Part shown: positions 30,458-47,632 of the stretch, in pieces
Layout of the letters: every line of letters begins with the position of its first letter
How positions within the stretch are numbered: position 1 is the stretch's first letter
Origin: the human T2T-CHM13v2.0 reference genome, Homo sapiens
DNA length: 64,000 bases
Direction: 5' to 3' (one strand)
Assembly (NCBI RefSeq): GCF_009914755.1
Contig: NC_060927.1
Made by a program: the position numbers and the translations under genes
Notes under the pieces: generated by a model
Databases searched by the model: none
What the model was told of the DNA's origin: nothing
The model's input: only the letters and a program-made list of their open reading frames with translations

Positions 30458-32847
30458 TCCCTCTCCCTCTCCCTCTCCCCACGGTCTCCCTCTCCCTCTC
30501 TTTCCACGGTCTCCCTCTGATGCCAAGCCAAAGCTGGACTGTACTGCTGCCATCTCGGCTCACTGCAACCTCCCTGCCTGATTCTCCTGCCTCAGCCTGC
30601 CCAGTGCCTGCGATTGCAGGCGCGCGCCGCCACGCCTGACTGGTTTTCGTATTTTTTTGGTGGAGACTGGGTTTCGCTGTGTTGGCTGGGCTGGTCTCCA
30701 GCTCCTAACCACGAGTGATCCGCCAGCCTCGGCCTCCCGAGGTGCCGGGATTGCAGACGGAGTCTGGTTCACTCAGTGCTCAATGGTGCCCAGGCTGGAG
30801 TGCAGTGGCGTGATCTCGGCTCGCCACAACCTCCACCTCCCAGCCGCCTGCCTTGGCCTCCCAAAGTGCCCAGATTACAGCCTCTGCCTGGCCGCCACCC
30901 CGTCTGGGAAGTGAGGAGCGTCTCTGCCTGGCCGCCCATCGTCTGGGAGGTGAGGAGCCCCTCTGCCCGGCTGCCCAGTCTGGAAAGTGAGGAGTGTCTC
31001 TGCCTGGCCGCCATCCCATCTAGGAAGTGAGGAGCGCCTCTTCCCGGCCGCCATCCCATCTAGGAAGTGAGGAGCGTCTCTGCCCGGCCGCCCATCGTCT
31101 GAGATGTGGGGAGCGTCTCTGCCCCGCCGCCCCGTCTGGGATGTGAGGAGCGCCTCTGCCTGGCCGCGACCCCGTCTGGGAGGTGAGGAGCGTCTCTGTC
31201 CGGCCGCCCCGTCTGAGAAGTGAGGAGACCCTCCGCCTGGCAACCGCCCCGTCTGAGAAGTGAGGAGCCCCTCCGCCTGGCAGCCGCCCCGTCTGAGAAG
31301 TGAGGAGCCTCTCCGCCCGGCAGCCACCCCGTCTGGGAAGTGAGGAGTGTCTCCGCCCAGCAGCCACCCCGTCCGGGAGGGAGGTGGGGGTCAGCCCCCG
31401 CCAGGCCAGCCGCCCCGTCTGGGAGGGAGGTGGGGGGGTCAGCCCCCCGCCCGGCCAGCCGCCCCGTCCGGGAGGGAGGTGGGGGTCAGCCCCCGCCAGG
31501 CCAGCCGCCCCGTCTGGGAGGGAGGTGGGGGGGTCAGCCCCCCGCCCGGCCAGCCGCCCCATCCGGGAGGTGAGGGGCGCCTCTGCCCAGCCGCCCCTAC
31601 TGGGAAGTGAGGAGCCCCTCTGCCCGGCCAGCCACCCCGTCCGGGAGGGAGGTGGGGGGGTCAACCCCCCGCCCGGCCAGCCGCCCCATCCTGGAGGGAG
31701 GTGGGGGGGTCAGCCCCCTGCCCGGCCAGCCGCCCCATCTGGGAGGGAGGTGGGGGGGTCAGCCCCCCGCCCGGCCAGCCGCCCCGTCTGGGAGGTGAGG
31801 GGCGCCTCTGCCCGGCCGCCCCTACTGGGAAGTGAGGAGCCCCCCCGCCCGGCCAGCCGCCCCGTCTGGGAGGTGAGGGGCGCCTCTGCCCGGCCACCCC
31901 TTCTGGGAAGTGAGGAGCCCCTCTGCCCGGCCACCACCCCGTCTGGGAGGTGTGCCCGACAGCTCATTGAGAACGGGCCATGATGACAATGGCGGTTTTG
32001 TGGAATAGAAAGGGGGGAAAGGTGGGGAAAAGATTGAGAAATCGGATGGTTGCCGTGTCTGTGTAGAAAGAAGTAGACATGGGAGACTTTTCATTTTGTT
32101 CTGTACTAAGAAAAGTTCTTCTGCCTTGGGATCCTGTAGATCTGTGACCTTACCCCCAACCCTGTGCTCTCTGAAACATGTGCTGTGTCCACTCAGGGTT
32201 AAATGGATTAAGGGCGGTGCAAGATGTGCTTTGTTAAACAGATGCTTGGAGACAGCATGCTCGTTAAGAGTCATCACCACTCCCTAGTCTCAAGTAGGCA
32301 GGGACACAAACACTGCGGAAGGCCGCAGGGTCCTCTGCCTAGGAAAACCAGAGACCTTTGTTCACTTGTTTATCTGCTGACCTTCCCTCCACTATTGTCC
32401 TATGACCCTGCCAAATCCCCCTCTGCGAGAAACACCCAAGAATGATCAATAAAAAAAAAAAAAAAGAAAGAAAACAGCTTTGTTGAAGAGGCGGTGTTAG
32501 GGCTCTGTGACTGCTCCTGCAGAGCAGGGCTATCCCTTGGGCAGAGAGTAGCAGCTCAGGGCAGTTTTGCAGTCATATTTATATCCACTTTTAATTGCAT
32601 GCAGATTAAGGAGCTGTTTAAGCAGAAATCTCTAGGGAAGAGGTAGTAACTTTTGGGTCATTGGATCATTGCCACGGAAAGAGGCAGTAACTCCTGGGTG
32701 TTGCCATGGCAATGGTAAATTGAAAGCACGTTGGTGGGTATGTCTGATTGAAAGCCTCTTCCTCCCCAGGCCCTGTTTTAGCTAGTCCTCAATCTAGTGC
32801 AGCGTCCGAGCCCCACCTCTGGAGTCAAGTACCCACCTCCTACCTAA
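30328..32847 (-). mobile_element. ERV1-class solo LTR (MER66-like), split by the SVA into 30328-30428 and 32468-32847
   Basis: Termini (T)TAGGTAGGAGG...CCCTGTATCA with a 4-bp TSD GTTC at 30324-30327 and 32848-32851. The sequence joins seamlessly across the SVA. Confidence 0.7.
30429..32467 (+). mobile_element. Full-length SVA retrotransposon (SVA_D-like)
   Basis: Hexamers 30429-30476, antisense Alu-like domain, GC-rich VNTR ~30890-31950, SINE-R, AATAAA at 32448 plus poly(A). TSD AAGAAAACA at 30420-30428 and 32468-32476. Confidence 0.97.
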
Positions 32848-32876
32848 GTTCTTTTTTTATTTTTATTTTTAAATAG

Positions 32877-32996
<120 letters not shown>

Positions 32997-34355
32997 TAGT
33001 TCTATCAACTTTTCTAACCTAGATTCAGATATCACACAGTATAATTTCTGCCCCATTCTATTCAATAGAAGCAGTCACTGAAGCTGGCCCATATTTAAGG
33101 AGAGGGAGCTTAGATTCCACTTTTTGTGGGAAGAGTATAAAAATATTTGTGGACAGGTTTTATATTATCATCAAAAAGAAGGAACTGGGATAATGCCACT
33201 TCATTTGGAGGGCCTGCCACAAAGTTGGAATGAGTAAGAAAAGTGAGATGCAGAAAAGTATGTACAAAATAACCTAAATGTGTACAACAAAGACAAACCA
33301 CTTTGTGTGAATATGTGTATGCTTTTTTTTTTTTGAGACAGAGTCTCATGATGTCTCCCTGGCTGGAGTGCAATGGCGTGATCTCTCTTAGCTCACTGCA
33401 ACCTCCGCCTCCCAGTTTCAAGCGATTCTTGTGCCTCAGCCTCCCGAGTAGCTGGGACTACAGGCATGCACCACCATATCCAGCTAATTTTTTGTATTTT
33501 AAAAACATTATTTATTTAATTTTTAGATGGAGTTTCGCTCTTGTCACCCAGGCTGGAGTGCAGTGGCACAATCTCGGCTCATTGCAACCTCTCTGCCTCC
33601 TGAGTTCAAGTGATTGTCCTGCTTCAGCCTCCCAAGAAGCTGGGATTACAGGCGCCTGCCACCATGCGCAGCTAATTTTTTGTATTTTTAGTAGAGACAG
33701 GGTTTCGCCATGTTGGGCAGGCTGGTCTTTAACTCCTGACCTCAGGTGATCCACCTGCCTCAGCCTCCCAAAGTGCTGGGATTACAGGCGTGAGCCACTT
33801 GCACCTGGCCGTGTGTATGCTTTTATAATTATATAAGCCAGGAGAAAAGTAGGGAACATACAGTTTGTAAACATGGGTTGCAGAAAATGGTGATAGAAGG
33901 GAGGGAAAGGAAAAGAGGAAAAGATAAAAGATTTAAAGGACAGCAGTTATGATGGGTTCTCTCTTATGCAATTAATTATAGGTATATATTTAGCTGGAGG
34001 AAGGAAGAAATTCTTTAGAGAGGCATCCTTAGGTGACAGAAAGATTAAGAAAATCAAGGAAGTGATGACCTCCTTATCTTAAAACTCAGGATAGGGTAGG
34101 GAGGGGTGACTGGTGGGCCACAAGGGGGTGCTGCAGGGCACTGGGAATGTTTTTCATCTGTGTTGGGTTTCTGTTTGGTCTGTGAAAAATAATTGAGCAA
34201 AACATCTTTGTTTTATGTACTTTTATGTATTTGTTATATCCTACACTTTAAAAAATTAAATTAAAAAAACAAAACCTGCTGGGCATGGTGGCTCACACCT
34301 GTAATCCCAGCACTTTGGGAGGCTGAGGCAGGCGAGTCACTAGGACAGGAGTTCA

Positions 34356-34820
<465 letters not shown>

Positions 34821-34856
34821 TTAAAGAAGAGTTGGGATCTGAGAGTGGACAGATTA

Positions 34857-35434
<578 letters not shown>

Positions 35435-37961
35435 TCACTCCAACATTTAACTATGTGTAGTTAAAGGTGGCAACAGAGATGAGGATGATCATAAGAGCTG
35501 GAAGGAAAACCAGGAGGGCTGAATGATTCCTGAGAATGTGGTCCTTGAAGCAGGAGGGAGAAGTCAATCCCAGTGAATTTTGCTGGGATTCCAGAGAGCT
35601 AGTATGTGCACTGGTTTTGTCAGCGGAAGTCACTGGGGACTGTGCCATGGGCTGTGGCAAGAATGGGAGGTGAGGAAGGGTAATGGCAACCACAGGCAAG
35701 TTTCAGAATGGGGCAGGAGCTAGAGGAGGATGGTGGGGAGCAAAGAGGGAGACCGGAGTTTCTGACCCATGGCAAGTCATTGCTGAGGGAGGCAGAGGTG
35801 CGAGAGGTTGGAGGACAGGGCTCTAGGGCCAGGCAGCAAGCACTGCAATGGTTTTGGAGATGAAGGGTACAGGTGAGATGCTGAGCACAGACCTCACCTC
35901 CAGGATGTAGGTCTTCAGGCCCCTGGCAGAGATGGGCCTCTGATCCCCAAAGAGGACCTCCAAAGGTGGAGGGGGCAAGAGTCTGATGAGGAGGTAGAGG
36001 GGTGCTTCTGCACTCCAGGTTCCTTTTCCTGCCCATTCCTTAAACCCGCTGGCTGTTCTTGCTCACCCCCACTCCCTCCTGCCTGGAGTCAGCCCAGGGC
36101 CTCCAGCGCTGAAGAACTGGACAGGCAGCTCAGCTCGGAGTTGGGAACACAATGGTCCCACTCGGGCAGAGGTGGGGCTAAGGTCTCTGATGACCCTCAG
36201 CTGCACCCACAGCCCTGGGACGTGGGCCATGCAGAGAGGGGTTGGTGGCAAATAATTCCTAGATTTTTTTTTTCCAGAACAAAAGACAGGAAAATTACCA
36301 AGAAAAGGATCCCACAAGGCCAGGGTTGGGAGGGTTCCTAGTATATCCTGGACACACACACCCTGTCCCCAGCACGTCCAGGCAGGACAAAGCTGGAGGG
36401 GCCAGCTGAGGTATTCCCATTGTGCTAGAAGCCCGCCCAGTGTCAGTGGGCCCCACCCCTGCACTCTTAATATGCCCTTGCATGCACCTGGCCCTTGAAC
36501 TAGTTCCCCAGTGCCAAGTGAGGGCCTTCCCGGTTTTCAGTTGTGAGGCCAGCTCTGCGTTAGGGGTGGGGGCTGCTTTTGCTGTAAGCCAGAGATACAA
36601 ACCTTGAGGTGAGCACAAAGGCAGAGACCACAGCAGCGAGTGGACCCCAGACAATTGATTGCAGTTGGGTCTTGGCCCAGCCCAGGTAGGCAAGGGACTC
36701 AGGCAATGCCAGGGTCAGTGGGAGTGGACATCCTCCCATAAGCCTGCCATCTTCGTACACAGCTGCAAGCGGAGGCCCAGGATGAGGGTCCCAACCCGTT
36801 TTTGTCTGGCTAGACTGAGACAGGAGCTGTCAGCCAGGTGGAACCATCTTGAGTCCCGAGGGAGGTGCAGCGCCCCAAGCTCAGAGTCTGAGGGTCACAT
36901 GCTCTTCCACCCAGCTATGCTCTGGTTGGAAAAGAGCTCAGGGACCCAGTGCCACCAAGGCTGGAGCTTCCTGGAGAACAACCCCTCGTGTGGGGTCTGG
37001 GCTGAGACTTGGAAGGTCAGCGGGGGCCCTGAGCCAGCGCGCAGCCTCATTTGTCACCCTGGGCTTGGGGCCGGCTGCACAGTTCTGGGGCAGGATGCTG
37101 GGAGCTCCAGGACAGCCCGGCCCCTGCTGGCCAAAGTGGCAAAATGCAGTACTGCCACTCACGCGTGCTTCCAGCATGTCCCGCGTCCCAGGCTTACCCG
37201 TCCCAAAGGCCTTCTCCCTACCTGGCCACAGGCCAAGACTCAGCTCACAGCAGACATGGGAGTGTGTACTGCAGCTGTCCACTCGTGCCCACGCCAGCAG
37301 TTTCAGAATGAAAGTGAACAGTTTGACCATCACTGGATGTTATACTCTAAAGTGCTGGTTTGCTTATCTGGTGGGTCTAGATTTTAGCTCCTTTTTATCT
37401 GTTTAGCAGACAAAAAACAACTGCACACACCTCCCCTCCTTCCGGGAGTTGGAGGACCTAGCCAGAAAGGGTATTGCTGGATCCTGGCTTATAGCAGAGT
37501 ACACAGTGACCTTTGTCCCCTGGCTCAGTGCAGTTCTGCAGAGGGAGGAAGGGGTAGGCCCATGGCCAAGAAGGCTACAGGGGATTTGGCTGGTATCTTC
37601 TGTTTCAGCGGCCTTCCCCAATAGCTGCCTGTCAAATGTGCATTTGTCTGCCTATCAGCATAGACTGACTGGTGAAGAGTCCTGCTGGTTTTCCTAGTGG
37701 GTAGTGCCAATCCTCTGGTCTCATACTGTAGCCTGGCTAGCCTCCTGCCCTGTGGTGTACAAATGGGCTGGGCACGCCTAACTTTGTGTACTGAAAGACA
37801 TGCCAGATAAATGGTTTTATAGAACAGAAAGAAATGCCCACAAGATCAAGGATTCTGGTTGGGAAGAAGTGAGAGGGAGGGTTAGAAATGTTGTAAGTGG
37901 CTGGGCGCGGTGGCTCACACCTGTAATCCCAGCACTTTGGGAGGCCGAAATGGGTGGATCA

Positions 37962-38216
<255 letters not shown>

Positions 38217-39038
38217 TCAACTGGGCGCAGTGGCTCACGCCTGTAATCCCAGCATTTTGGGAGGCCGAAGCGGGCGGATCACCTCAGGTCTCTACTAAAA
38301 ATACAAAATTAGCTGGGCGTGGTGGCACATGCCTGTAATTCCAGCTACACTAGGAGGCTGAGGCAGAAGAATTGCTTGAACCCGGGAGGCGAAGTGCAGT
38401 GAGCCAAGATTACGCCATTGCACTCTAGCCTGGGCAACAAGAGCGAGACTCTGTCTCAAAAAAAAAGAGACACCTTCAGAAAAATTTGATTCCTAGCACC
38501 TGACCTCACAGAAGGCAATTGAGGCCAGAAATGCATTGCTGGCCAAACTTTCTCATGATGTTTAGAATAACTAGCATAAAGATCACAATTTCTGGCTGGG
38601 CGCAGTGGCTCACGCCTGCAATCCCAGCACTTTGGGAGGCTGAGGCGGGCGAATCATTTGAGCTCAGGAGTTCCAGAGCAGCCTGGCCAACATGGTGAAA
38701 CCCTGTCTCTACTAAAAATACAAAAATTAGCTGGGCATGGTGGTGGGTGCCTGTAATCCCAGCTTCTTGGGAGGCTGAAGCAGGACAATCACTTGAACTA
38801 AGGAGGCAGAGAGGTTGCAATGAGCCGAGATTGTGCCACTGCACTCTGGCCTGGGCGACAAGAGTGAAACTCTGTCTCAAAAAAAAAAAAAAAAGATGAC
38901 AGTTTCTGAGGAGTCCCTACCTGGGGGGAGTCCTTCAAATCTTAAATCTAGTTGTTCTTGGCCAGGCGCAGTGGCTCATGCCTATAATCCCGGCACGTTG
39001 GGAGGACAAGGAGGGCGGATCATGAGGTCAGGAGTTCA

Positions 39039-39277
<239 letters not shown>

Positions 39278-39637
39278 CTAGCTGTTCTCCTTTCATTGCT
39301 CCCCCAGAATGCTTCTATAAACAGAATTGTATGATGCAAGGTAGAGCAGCAAGGGACATCACATGCTTGCGTGTCTAGGTTACTCATTTTATGAAGACAC
39401 AACAGCAGCCCAGAGAGAAAAGAGTAGCATGACTAAGGACAACAGACACTAGAAGCATAATCATCCTTGAGATAGGAGAGGGGCTGCTATCTGCATGAGT
39501 CCAGAAATGTGGAGGAACAGGCCCGGAGCGGCAGCTCACGCCTGTAATTCCAGCACTTTGGGAGGCTGAGACTGGCGGATCACCTGAAGTCAGGAGTTTG
39601 AGACCAGCCAGGCCAACATGGTGAAACCCCATTTCTA

Positions 39638-39841
<204 letters not shown>

Positions 39842-40024
39842 TCACCTGATAGATCTCAGTACCATTATTGTTGCTAATTCTTGGGGTTTAAACACAGAGT
39901 TAGAAACATTCACAGCTGGTCATCAGGATTTATTCAATGAACAAATGAGCTTAGGCAGACCTAACTTCTAACATTCCAAGTTAGAACTTGGTAATACTTG
40001 TCTGAATTCACAACTGATTAGTAG

Positions 40025-40171
<147 letters not shown>

Positions 40172-40210
40172 TAGCTGGGACTACAGGCGCATGCCACCAC
40201 GCCCAGATAA

Positions 40211-40349
<139 letters not shown>

Positions 40350-41039
40350 TAGCTGGAATTACTGCACACCATCACACCCGGCTAATTTTTGTATTTTCAG
40401 TAGAGACGGGGTTTCACCATGTTGGTCAGGCTGGTCTCGAACTCCTGACCTCATGTTCTGCCCACCTCGGCTTTCCAATGTGTCGGGATTACAGGTGTGA
40501 GCTACTGTGCCCGCCCTAATTTTTGTATTTTTAGTAGACGCGGGGTTTCACTACGTTGGCCAGGATGGTCTTGATCTCTTACCCTCATGGTCCGCCTGCC
40601 TCGGCCTCCCAAGGTGCTGGGATTACAGGCGTGAGCCACAGCACCTGGCCAACACTCCACATTTTATTTATATATCAGAAAACAATCAGGTAACAGTATG
40701 TATCACTGGCCATGATTTGTCTCTAGAGAGAATGGGTAAAGGAAGCAAAATTTATACTTAATATGATGCTTTGTTAAGTGACCCCAATTTCCTCCCACTT
40801 TTTAATACTGTTTTAATTGTTGTTATAAAATTAAGTGATTCCCTATCACTATATACTCAGGTAATATATTCAGGTAACTTTGATGGGACAAATTTCTAGC
40901 TTCCTGTTAGGACACACTAACATAGTCCTCATGTAATGTTCCCTCTTCAAGGCTGAGACTACGGATGATATGATCTTGACATTGTCCTGGAATGTCTTAT
41001 GTCATAGCAGTACTACCACGAAAACAAAACCACAATTTT

Positions 41040-41173
41040 GTTTTTTCCTTTTGGTGGAGAATGGGGTCTCGTTACGTTGCCCAGGCAGGTCTCGGACTCC
41101 TGGGCTCGAGCTATCCTCCTGCCTCTGCCTCCCTAAGAGCTGGGATTATAGGCGTGAGCCACTGTGCCCAGCC
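41040..41173 (-). pseudogene. Second BC200-like monomeric retrocopy
   Basis: Minus strand CCCAGCTCTTAGGGAGGCAGAGGCAGGAGGATAGCTCGAGCCCAGG...GACCTGCCTGGGCAAC...CCCATTCTCCACCAAAAGGAAAAAA. TSD ACAATTTT at 41032-41039 and 41174-41181. Confidence 0.75.
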
Positions 41174-41331
41174 ACAATTTTTTTTTAATTAAAAAAAATT
41201 TTTTAGAGATGCGGTTTCATGATCGAGACCATCCTGGCTAACACGGTGAAACCCTGTCTCTACTGAAAAAAAAAAAAAATTAGCCGGGCATGGTGGTGGG
41301 CGCCTGTAGTCCTGGCTACTCGGGAGGCTGA

Positions 41332-41577
<246 letters not shown>

Positions 41578-41909
41578 TAAAGCTTTCAAACAAAGACACT
41601 TTGGTTTTTAGAGGGTTCAGCTACCAGTTTATTGGGCCCTAGTGAGTCCCAAGATTTCCATCTACCAGTTGCTTGGGTCCTAGATTTCATATGCTCCCAC
41701 AGTTGGCCCTTTGGTACAGGCAGGTGTCTCTGTCCAAATGTGGGCAAGATCAAACTGCAACAAGGCGCTTCCTTTGGTCACCTGAAAAGAAATTGTAGGT
41801 ACAGTGGGCTGTCACAGCATCCTTGCTAGTTCTGGTTATAGCCATGTCACAGAGAAGGAAATTATGTAAATAATATTGAGTGACAGATGTTTTCTACTTT
41901 TTTTTTTAA

Positions 41910-42107
<198 letters not shown>

Positions 42108-42437
42108 TAAACTCCTGACCTCAAATGATCCACCTGCCTCAGCCTCCCAAAGTACTGGGATTATAGGCATGAGCAACCGCACCCAGCCTTTTTTTTTTTT
42201 TTTTTCAGACACCGTGCCAGGCTATTTTTTATTTTTTGTAGAGACAGGGTCTTACTATGTTGCCCAGGCTGGTTTCAAACTTCAATGATCCTCCTGCCTT
42301 AGCCTCCCAAAGCACCTGGATTACAGGTGTGAGCCACCATACCCAGCTCTGCTGGGTTTCATTGGTGAGTTTGTCTTCCTGGCAAGGGATATACAGGATA
42401 CCCTTGCACATCATCCACAACCATTCAAATACCATGT

Positions 42438-43454
<1,017 letters not shown>

Positions 43455-43610
43455 AGGGGTCCCTAATTTTCAAGGGCTCATACCCTAATCCCAGATCTAC
43501 CAGAAGAATGAATCTGCCAAAGGAGTGCTATGACGGCCTGGAGCCCTGAAGCAAAATGGCAAACACGTAACATAAGACTGCACCAGAAAGTCAGACATGA
43601 TTTGTCAGCC

Positions 43611-43616
43611 TTTATT
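43611..43616 (-). terminator. PRKAR2A: Distal polyadenylation signal AATAAA
   Basis: TTTATT on the + strand. On the minus strand it is followed by ...AATCA TGTCTGACTTTCTGGTG...TATGTTACGTGTTTG. Confidence 0.65.
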
Positions 43617-45301
43617 AATCAAGAGTAAAGCCGAGCCCTAGGGTTTCCTTAACAACAACAAAAAGAACATCAACCTTGTTTATGGCAAACAGTGACTTAA
43701 TTCTTAATGACTGTTCATTATATGTTTAACACCACAGAGCAAGAATTGATCACGTTTCAATCACTTATTCTTCTGAGATTAAAATACAAGATTAAAACAG
43801 ATTAAAATAAAATTCACTCCAAGAATTTAAAAAATAATTCCAAATGAAAGACATTTCAAACACTGTATATAGAACTCAGGACCAAAAGAAGACCTTAAAA
43901 CATTTTTTACCTTTGAGGTAGCACAATAATGCTGAATTAGATTTATTTTATTACAGTGAGCTTAAAAAAACAACACGGAATCTACCCTTTGCTCAAGGTG
44001 GGCTAAATGGTTTTACGCAAACCCCTCCATGAGGTTAGTGACAGTTCTTGTCCTTTTTTTTTTTTTTTTTTTTTTTTTAAAGTATAAAGATAGCCCTGCA
44101 GTGTGTAAAAGGAAACCTATGGGAAGGCTGCTTCCCATAAAATAGACAATAGAATCATTGAGGAACGTCAGCAGTCAAGACAGGAGGAACAAGAGGTCAT
44201 TGTAGTGAAAAACCAAAACAACTTGTATCTTGGCAAGATTGGTTTACAAGTTCATGACAAGAACAAAAATTCCAACATCAGCCAACTGAAAATAAAAGAT
44301 AAAAGATGACATTCATGGATCTTTTTATTTTTCTCTGTGCAAAATGCTCTTCTTTCTGAATTAGAGGGTAGCTTGTACACTGTGACATGACATGAAATGC
44401 TGTGTGCCCAGGGTGCTGCTGGGTGCCAACAGCACCTCTCACTGAATACGATATCACTGTGTGCAGAGAAAACGGGCAATCAGAGGATAAACATAACCTC
44501 TCCTGGCTGGAGAACCATTTCTTGCGACTTTGCTGCTGAATTCACTCATTAAACTGCTCAAAGGAAAAGCTCTACCCTGATTTCTGAGAGTCTACAGCAA
44601 TATATGTAACACAATTATATATGAAGACTATTGACTAACAGGACAATAGCACATGAACCTTTCCTTCAGAGAATTCAACCAAGAGAAGAGAGTGGGTGGC
44701 ATAAGCTGGGGGCCAAAAGGAAGGCTCTCAGGAATATTCTCTACCATCCAAAATCAACAGCAAAGCCAGAAAAGGGGCATGAGCTCTAATTCATTGAAGA
44801 GAACACCACAAAACAGTTAACAAAGGGATCTCTTTCCAACACATGCTCCTCTCCATGAGGCTCAACCGTCAGTGCAGGGCTTGCCTGATGTGGACAATGT
44901 GGATACCTCAGCCCTGAGTTGAACTTGGCATGCCACCTTTGATTCCCCATGCTGCAAAAAGAATTGGAACGCTGTCAGGTCCTGGCACCGTGGTAATGGC
45001 TATATCCTATTTCACTCACACACGTCCTTTTAAAGTCTCCCTTCCTCAAGCTATTAAATAGAACCCTCTAGGGATCCTGTATGCAGTGAGGGTCTGAACT
45101 GATGATCCATATGTCAATCAGTAGTTGGAGGAGGATGACTTTTTTTTTTTTTTTTTGAGATAGGGTCCCACTTTGTCCCCCAGACTGGAGTGCAGTGGCA
45201 CGATCATGGCTCACTGCAGCTTCAGTCTCCCAGGTTAAAGGAATCCTTTCACCTCAGCCTACTGAGTGTGCACCACCAGGTCCAGCTAATTGTTTTTTTA
45301 A

Positions 45302-45538
<237 letters not shown>

Positions 45539-47263
45539 TAGACTGGGATGTGTGCGAGAGTGGGATAAGAAGGCCCATCCCTAGCAGACTGCAGGAGTGA
45601 CTCTGGCATAGAATTCATGGCCAGCCCTAACTAGTGTGATGGGTGGCAGGGAGGAGGCATCTGCTCAGTGTTCAAACAAAATCCTTACAAGTTCTGGGGC
45701 TGGACCTCTGTGTCACTCCTGAATCCCAATGTATCCGTTACCTTTACAAGAAACTGGTGTGGTTCTTGTCTGCTAAGGGCAAGACCTGTTTTCTGAATTT
45801 ACTTTCTGATAATAAAGTAACACCATGGAAAAGAAGAACCTCAGAAAAATATGGGGTCACCACATGGGCTTTCCCAGTGCTAGCTGCCTGTTTTGGAAAG
45901 CTGCAATGTAGGCTACAGAGGGCAGTCTGAAAAGAGTCCTTCTGCTTTCGCTTCCTGGAGCTTAAGAAGAAAAGAGGAATTACCAAGGTTGTGGTGGGTT
46001 ATTTACTCTGGAAATATCTTGGTCACACTGTCCGTGGCAAAAGCGGAAAGCCTAGCTTATGTGGATAGTTGAAGGTGACTGTGTGGGCCATCATTATCTA
46101 CAATAGAAATGACTCAAGCCCTAGCATGTAATCTCTTAGGGACTTAACAAGTTAAAAAGAAACAAAAAATCATATTGGAAATGGCCTCTTGGTTTAATAT
46201 AAACTTGGTTACAACATTCAAATTTATCTTTACGGAAATTTCACACTGCTCCTAGGAGCCCTTATAGCATCTGATTCTAAGTTATTCTGAAGGAAAAAAA
46301 AATTATTCTGAAATATACCTTATTAGGATGATCACTGGAATTCTACCAGATATAAGTAAAAGGCTAAATGGGTTTTAAATAAATACAAGCTAAATTACCT
46401 TCTTCTGGGGTTAACAATTAGAATCCCAAATACCCCAACATCTCAACTAGAAAGGCCTTCACAGTAATTCTATGAAATTGTAAATGATGCCAAATTTTTT
46501 TTTTTTTTTTGAGATGGAGTCTTGCACTGTCACCCGGGGTGGAATACAATGGTGCAATCTCGGCTCACTGCAACCTCCACTCCCAGGTTCAAGCGATTCT
46601 CCTGCCTGAGCCTCTCAAGTAGCTGGGATTACAGGCGCCCACCACCATGCCCAGCTAATTTTTTGTATTTTTAGTAGAGACGGGGTTTCACTATGTTGGC
46701 CAGGCTGGTCTTGAACCCCTGACCTCGTGATCCGCCCGCCTCGGCCTCCCAAAGTGCTGGGATTACAGGTGTGGGTCACCGTGCCTGGCCAATGCCGATT
46801 TTTGAAAACAGATTTGATCTTTAGGGTAAATGCCTGAGTCAGCTGACAAACTCCATATACATGAATATGTCCAAGTGAAATTACCTAAAGAATAATTTTT
46901 TTTCTTTCTTTTTTTTTTTTTAAGAGACAGGGTCTCACTGTGTCACCCAGACTGGAGTGCAGTGGCATGATCACAGCTCACTGTTGCCTTGACCTCCTGG
47001 GCTCAAGTGATCCTTCCACCTCAGCCTCCTAAGTATTTGGGACTACATGCATGCATCACCACACCTGACAAATTAAAAAAAAATTTTTTTTTTGCCAGGT
47101 GCAGTGGCTCACATCTGTAATCCCAGCACTCTGAGAGGCTGAGGTGGGCGGATCACCTGAGGTTGGGAGTTTGAGACCAGCCTGACCAACACAGAGAAAC
47201 CCTGTCTCTATTAAAAATACAAAATTCGCCCGGCATGGTGGCGCATGCCTGTAATCCCAGCTA

Positions 47264-47443
<180 letters not shown>

Positions 47444-47626
47444 TTAAGCGATCCTCCCAGCTCAGCCTCCCAAAGCACTACAATTATAGGCATGAGCCAT
47501 TGAGCCTGGCCTGAGAATTTTCTTTAATTTCAAAAAAATAGCTGCTGCTTCTTTAAAGAGTTTAAAAATTGATCGGTTCAATGGCAAAGCTACACAACAA
47601 CTCTGGAGTAGAAGGAAAGAACTCTC

Positions 47627-47632
47627 TTTATA
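47627..47632 (-). terminator. PRKAR2A: Candidate proximal poly(A) signal TATAAA
   Basis: Minus strand reads GTTGTAC-TATAAA, with an upstream UGUA and downstream GTTGTTGTGTAG. An ATTAAA also occurs at 47523-47528. Confidence 0.4.

Noticed and set aside
30890-31950. Array-like repeats that might suggest a CRISPR-type structure
   Set aside because: This is a standard SVA VNTR with no unique spacers, in a eukaryotic context.
30100-32445. Long Pro/Gly/Arg-rich ORFs (up to 227 aa) and the RERERE/GEGEGE ORFs
   Set aside because: They arise from the stop-poor SVA VNTR and hexamer repeats.
36659-37406. 242-aa and 185-aa + strand ORFs
   Set aside because: TTG starts, no recognisable homology, and ORFs open in several frames as expected for GC-rich DNA. 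Kept only as part of the regulatory-island lead.
44054-44078. A25 tract on the mRNA strand as a possible transcript end or retrocopy tail
   Set aside because: A genomic homopolymer with no TSD or element body; likely only an internal-priming artefact site.
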